Origin: Bacteriovoracia bacterium
GTDB taxonomy: Bacteria > Bdellovibrionota > UBA1018 > CAIPTA01
Length of the DNA stretch: 64,000 nucleotides
Assembly: GCA_050246755.1 (NCBI GenBank)
Contig: JBFWVL010000001.1
Location: forward strand, 96,001-160,000
Direction: 5' to 3'
In this document: positions 59,847 to 64,000 of the stretch, piece by piece
Position numbering within the stretch: position 1 is the stretch's first letter
How the letters are laid out: each line of letters opens with the position of its first letter
The notes under the pieces: generated by a model
What the model was told of the DNA's origin: nothing
Databases searched by the model: none
The model's input: only the letters and a program-made list of their open reading frames with translations
Made by a program: the position numbers and the translations under genes

Positions 59847-60839
59847 TTACTGGGCCGTGAGGGTGATGGATACGGGCTGGCCCACGGGGGTGCGAACCTC
59901 GGCGAGGTGCGCGCGCGTGGAATTGAGCAAAGCTTGATTGCGGTCGATCTCGGCCTGGATGGCGGCGATCTCGGTAGGGTTCGTGGTATTGCCAAGAGCG
60001 GTGGTCAGGCGAGTGATCTCGGCCACGTAGAAATTAATGGCGTCGTTGAGGGATTTGGCCTCTTTCTTGTTTTGTAGAAACAAGCTGGCCACGAACTCTT
60101 GGTCGCCCGCTACGAGGGGAGAAGTGGTCCCGTAGCTCTGGCTATCGGTGATGCGCGTGAGGGGGAGATCGGATCCGGCAAAAGAGGCCGAAACGTAGAA
60201 TTCGAAATTAGAATTCGTGGGTCCGTTTCTCGTGGTGAGAAGCACGGTGGCCTTTGCGCCAACGGCGTAGCTCGGCTGGTCGGCGCTCAGAATAAGATTA
60301 TAGGTGGGAGTTGGTACGGGGTGCGGCTGGTAGCCCGGAAGGATTTCGATTCCGTTCACGAGGGCGTCCCCCACTACGCTCGCGAAATTGAGGTTGATCA
60401 CGCCGGATGGATTGGCGTTTACGGTAAACTCCCTCACGGTGGCGATCCCGATGCCCCCGGTCGCGCCCACGATATCGAAGTTGGTTAAAACCTGGGAGCC
60501 ATTGATACCGATGTTGAAAATACGGGAGCCGCCCGTGGTGTGATAGAGCTCCGCGAAATGAAGGCGAACGAGGTGGGCTGCGCCGGCCTCGAGGCCAGGG
60601 ATCGCGTAGGAGAAGTTTCCGTAGCGGCAGGTTTGGTAAACGGCGAGCGGCGCGGGGTTCGTTACTTGGCTTGCGTTGATCGGGATGCCGGTGGTGTAAG
60701 GGGTTCCGCCGCTAAAGTACTGGTCGGCGGTATAGTTTCCATTCGCCACCACCGTGCCGGCACCGATTGCGATCGGAGAGTCGGCGTGAGCAAAAGTGCT
60801 GCAGAAGAAAAGAGCGAGCGCCAAGCAGGAACGGAACAT
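59847..60839 (-). CDS. Secreted malectin-domain protein with C-terminal hairpin/beta-sandwich module
   Basis: GGAGG RBS; VYQTCRYG, VRLHFAELY, RIFNIGING, NFDIV, ALVNGIEI are malectin motifs. Confidence 0.85.
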   Translation of the reverse strand: MFRSCLALALFFCSTFAHADSPIAIGAGTVVANGNYTADQYFSGGTPYTTGIPINASQVTNPAPLAVYQTCRYGNFSYAIPGLEAGAAHLVRLHFAELYHTTGGSRIFNIGINGSQVLTNFDIVGATGGIGIATVREFTVNANPSGVINLNFASVVGDALVNGIEILPGYQPHPVPTPTYNLILSADQPSYAVGAKATVLLTTRNGPTNSNFEFYVSASFAGSDLPLTRITDSQSYGTTSPLVAGDQEFVASLFLQNKKEAKSLNDAINFYVAEITRLTTALGNTTNPTEIAAIQAEIDRNQALLNSTRAHLAEVRTPVGQPVSITLTAQ

Positions 60840-61235
60840 GAGCAACCCTCCATAGGTAGCAAAAATCACCAACCACCATGTTGGCGCACTCGACTTTCAG
60901 GCGAGATTTAAATTCGAAGGAGATAGGAACACGAAATAAACTAATCCGGCAATATCTTTTTTTTAGGCTAAAAGAGATTTAATATTCGTCCGAACTGGCT
61001 GCATTGCAACTAATGCGGCGAGAAATATACCGAAAAAAATTTACTTTTTTTCCCGTGAGAAATGATGATTTCTCGCTAGGCAGAGTGGCTGGTGTTTTTT
61101 CTAAAGAAACGAAGAAAAGACCGCACGCATTAAACTCGATGCGGCAGAATTCTTCCTACACGGTGAGAGGCGCGCGATAGCCGGAAAATAGAAAGGGCGG
61201 AGCAACTAGTGCCCCGCCCCCGCTAAGTACAATCT

Positions 61236-62174
61236 CTAATTTTTCTGCAGATACTCTTCGAGCTTGTCGAACGATCCGGTCCAGCCCTGGGTCATTCCCG
61301 CTTTGGCTTGGTGGAAGGTTTCGCGCTCGGCCGCAGAGGCCTCGCCGTAGACTTCCCACTGGATCGTCACGCGGGTTTTGTTCTCGGATTCCGCCGTGAA
61401 GCAAACCGTAGTGAGCATGGTCTCCGGCCAAGTGGGCGCCGCGGGATGGCGGGAGACATTTCCTTCTTTGTCACAGAAAATCTGCGTATAAACGAGCTTG
61501 CTGGGCTTCGTGATTTCCTTGTAGTGGATCTTCCCGTACATCGTGATCTGGCCGTTGCTCATAGAATAGAAATTCGTCCCTCCGGCCTTGATATCGGCCT
61601 CGATGCTTTTCATGGTGAAACCAGTAGGCGCCAGCCACTGGGAGAAATGCTTGGGATTGGTCCACATCTCGAACATTTTCTCGATGGGCGCCTCGAAGCT
61701 GCGGTTGATCACGAAGCGGTCCACGGGAGAGAGGAACTCGGCGAGTCGGTCCCAGGTGGAATCGCCTCCAGCCTTCTTGATGAATTTCTTGGTTTCCTTG
61801 GCGGCTTCTTCGGTGGGCAGCGCCATGGTCATTTCCATCTTGGTCTTGCCGGCTTTTTCGGAGAACTCCACCGTCACCCGGAATAGCGGGGCCTGTTCAT
61901 CGTTGCCGCCGTGGTCGTAGACCATGCGGGAATATTTTTCCACCTCGAGGTATTTGGTTTTGTTCACGTAGTCGGTGCCGTCGGGCCCGTGCATGGTGTA
62001 GTGCCAGGTGCCGCCGGTGCGGATATCGGAATTGTGCGTGGTGATGGTGAAACCACGGGGCCCCCACCAATGCGCTTTTTGCTTGGGATCGGTCCACGCG
62101 TCCCAGACCATCTTCACGGGGGCATCGTAGACGCGGCTGATATAGAGTTCGTTGGGTTTATTTTTTACGGGCAT
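61236..62174 (-). CDS. Tandem SRPBCC (AHSA1) domain protein
   Basis: Two repeats: RVYDAP..VWDAWTDP...WWGP and RSFEAP..MFEMWTNP...W; GWTGSFDKL. Confidence 0.92.
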   Translation of the reverse strand: MPVKNKPNELYISRVYDAPVKMVWDAWTDPKQKAHWWGPRGFTITTHNSDIRTGGTWHYTMHGPDGTDYVNKTKYLEVEKYSRMVYDHGGNDEQAPLFRVTVEFSEKAGKTKMEMTMALPTEEAAKETKKFIKKAGGDSTWDRLAEFLSPVDRFVINRSFEAPIEKMFEMWTNPKHFSQWLAPTGFTMKSIEADIKAGGTNFYSMSNGQITMYGKIHYKEITKPSKLVYTQIFCDKEGNVSRHPAAPTWPETMLTTVCFTAESENKTRVTIQWEVYGEASAAERETFHQAKAGMTQGWTGSFDKLEEYLQKN

Positions 62175-62514
62175 GCTTCTTTTCCTTCTTATTGATCGTT
62201 TTCAAATAGGCATCCAGCCGATCGAAACTTTCTTCCCAGAATACCCGGTAGTGCTCCAGCCATTCCGATACTTCCTTGAAAGATTCTCCATTCAATTTGC
62301 AGGGGCGCCACTGCGCTTCGCGCCCCTTCGAGATCAGGCCCGCGCGCTCGAGCACCTTGAGGTGCTTGGTGATGGCCGGGGCGCTCATGGTTTTGAGGAA
62401 GGGCTTCGACAGCTCCGAGACGCTCGCCTCCCCTTTTGAAAGGCGCACCAAGATGGCCCGGCGAGTGGGATCGCCGAGGGCCGAGAACGCGAGGCTGAGT
62501 TTATCTTGGTTCAT
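62158..62514 (-). CDS. ArsR/SmtB-family transcriptional regulator
   Basis: FSALGDPTRRAIL, ITKHLKVLERAGLI, AQWRPC. Confidence 0.93.
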   Translation of the reverse strand: MNQDKLSLAFSALGDPTRRAILVRLSKGEASVSELSKPFLKTMSAPAITKHLKVLERAGLISKGREAQWRPCKLNGESFKEVSEWLEHYRVFWEESFDRLDAYLKTINKKEKKHARKK

Positions 62515-62515
62515 A

Positions 62516-62549
62516 ATTAGCTATTTAGTTAATTAACTACTAGGTTAAT
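62516..62549. promoter_or_regulatory. Tandem palindromic operator, probably for the ArsR regulator
   Basis: ATTAGC-N6-GTTAAT (62516-62533) and ATTAAC-N6-GTTAAT (62532-62549) abut the start codon. Confidence 0.65.
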
Positions 62550-62759
62550 TATAAAGCGGGTTTCGGCGAAAATCAAGGAGGGGAAGTGCTGGGAATTGTG
62601 GGAGAAAATCTGAATTTTACTTTGGACGTTCAAAGCAGAACCGCGCTTTTATCTATTCCATAAGGGAATGTTTTACATGAATTTTATCTGCTTTTTCGAT
62701 GGATACGCGCGGGGTATAACCACCCTCGTTCAAGCAACCTCACCGCTTAAGGAGATCTT

Positions 62760-63206
62760 ATGAAACCCGTATTTTTCCTAACCGCCCTCGCTTCCGTATT
62801 CCTTGCCCACGCCGCCCATGCCACCGGCGGAGTTCAGGTGAGCTGCAATACCCCCTCCGGATCCCTCGTGGTTTACTCCAAGCTGGAATGGTCGTCGGAT
62901 GGCGATACTAAGGAAGATATCCAGCTGGTGCTCGCCAATGGCCAAGCGGTGAAAGCGGAGGAATTTTTCCTCGATTTGAATAAAAAGAAAAAGAAAACCC
63001 AGATCCTCGAGCTGAACGGAAAACCCGCCTTCAAGGTGGAGCTCATGAAATCCTCGCCTCAGCAAAAGCTAAAGCGCCCAGATTTCGGCGGCGACTGCTA
63101 CGAAAGATTCCACAATACTCACTGGCTGAAATTCACTCCCGCCGGCAGCGCGGACTACGAGAACGTGAACTGCGACGTGATCGAGACGAAATCGACTTGC
63201 GGATAG
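62760..63206 (+). CDS. Secreted hypothetical protein (4 Cys)
   Basis: AAGGAG RBS; signal peptide ending AHA. Confidence 0.7.
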   Translation: MKPVFFLTALASVFLAHAAHATGGVQVSCNTPSGSLVVYSKLEWSSDGDTKEDIQLVLANGQAVKAEEFFLDLNKKKKKTQILELNGKPAFKVELMKSSPQQKLKRPDFGGDCYERFHNTHWLKFTPAGSADYENVNCDVIETKSTCG

Positions 63207-64000
63207 TTACTGATCGCCGCGTTTGCGCGTGGAGGAAGTGATCACGGCTTCCACGCGCGCGGGCGTGTGCACCTGGCGCGACATGTCCTGGCGGAGCAGG
63301 CGCTTCTCGGCGAACTCCACGTGGCTATAACCAAATTTTACGTACTCCACGATCTGGCTCACGAGATCGAACTTCGTGAAAGGGCAGATGATATAGTAGT
63401 TGTTCGTGCCGTCCTTGGAAAAGTGCATGGCCAATTCCAGCGATTGCTCGTAGGCGATCTTTTCCCGGTCTTCGCGGGTGCTCACGCCGTCGAACTCTTT
63501 CATCACTTCCTCGGGCACGTGGATGCCGGAGAAGTTCGCGTTGAGGAATTCCCCGTTCTTGCGGCTCATGATCGGCATGAGGCCGAAGATCACCGGAAAA
63601 CGCTCCTGGGGAATATTGTACTTGGCGAGCGCGTCCACGCAGCGGTTGAACGCGTCTTTGGAGTGCACGGGCTGGGTTTCGGCGAAATCCGCACCGGCTT
63701 CGATCTTGCGGAGCAAACGCTCGGTCTCATTATTGATGTCGGTGGCGTTCGGGTTATAGGCCACGCCCACGAGCATATCCACGGGCTCTTCGAGGTCCTG
63801 CCCGCTCATGAGTTTTCCCTGGCGCATCTTCTGCACCACTTCGAGGAGCTTCATGGAATTGCCTTCGAACACGCTCTTGGCGGGTTCGGGGCCTTTGCGA
63901 ACGGCATCCCCGGTTACGGCGAGGATCGCGGCGATATTCAGGGCGGCGGCGCCGAGGATCTCGGTCTGCAGCGCGATCAAATTCTTGTCGCGGCAAGTGA
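63207..64000 (-). CDS. Methylenetetrahydrofolate reductase domain (likely C-terminus of a bifunctional homocysteine methyltransferase/MTHFR); 5' end outside the window
   Basis: TCRDKNLIALQ, ILAVTGD, KIEAGADFAETQP, IFGLMPI. Confidence 0.85.
   Translation of the reverse strand, partial: TCRDKNLIALQTEILGAAALNIAAILAVTGDAVRKGPEPAKSVFEGNSMKLLEVVQKMRQGKLMSGQDLEEPVDMLVGVAYNPNATDINNETERLLRKIEAGADFAETQPVHSKDAFNRCVDALAKYNIPQERFPVIFGLMPIMSRKNGEFLNANFSGIHVPEEVMKEFDGVSTREDREKIAYEQSLELAMHFSKDGTNNYYIICPFTKFDLVSQIVEYVKFGYSHVEFAEKRLLRQDMSRQVHTPARVEAVITSSTRKRGDQ

Noticed and set aside
47800-61200. Island as prophage, ICE, integron or T6SS/Rhs/CDI locus
   Set aside because: No integrase, phage genes, attC-like repeats, VgrG/PAAR, YD repeats or TpsB recognised; the main proteins carry Sec-type signal peptides.

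Overview
Bacterial chromosomal window, GC-rich backbone, with a gene repertoire typical of Bdellovibrionota/Oligoflexia-like predators (three TIGR02147-family genes, GYF_2 protein, many orphan secreted proteins); the taxonomy is an inference. Housekeeping content: purB, waaA/waaF-type LPS transferases, kal, potABCD, ino1, tolC/mlaC, mtaB-mnmA-cysteine desulfurase-Rrf2, tsaE-nnr, ftsH-cdaA-cdaR-glmM-acpS, iscS-iscA, sdhCAB, ArsR-SRPBCC and a partial metF-domain gene. No rRNA, tRNA, CRISPR array or integrase was recognised. The main discovery candidate is at 48-61 kb (minus strand). Four co-oriented secreted proteins (malectin protein, small protein, PKD adhesin, AT-rich propeller + HExxH metalloprotease) each carry the same unnamed ~150-aa module: a beta-sandwich with an inserted long helical hairpin turning at [TND][DN]P. 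Downstream lies an AT-rich array of orphan immunity-like genes, three of which are coupled by ATGA overlaps to leftover C-terminal stubs resembling that module. This looks like a polymorphic effector/immunity system whose conserved assembly domain is C-terminal in the effector. A second recurring module is a TIGR02147 gene next to a secreted 'Gly-rich N-terminus + HE-only zincin-like' protein, seen three times.
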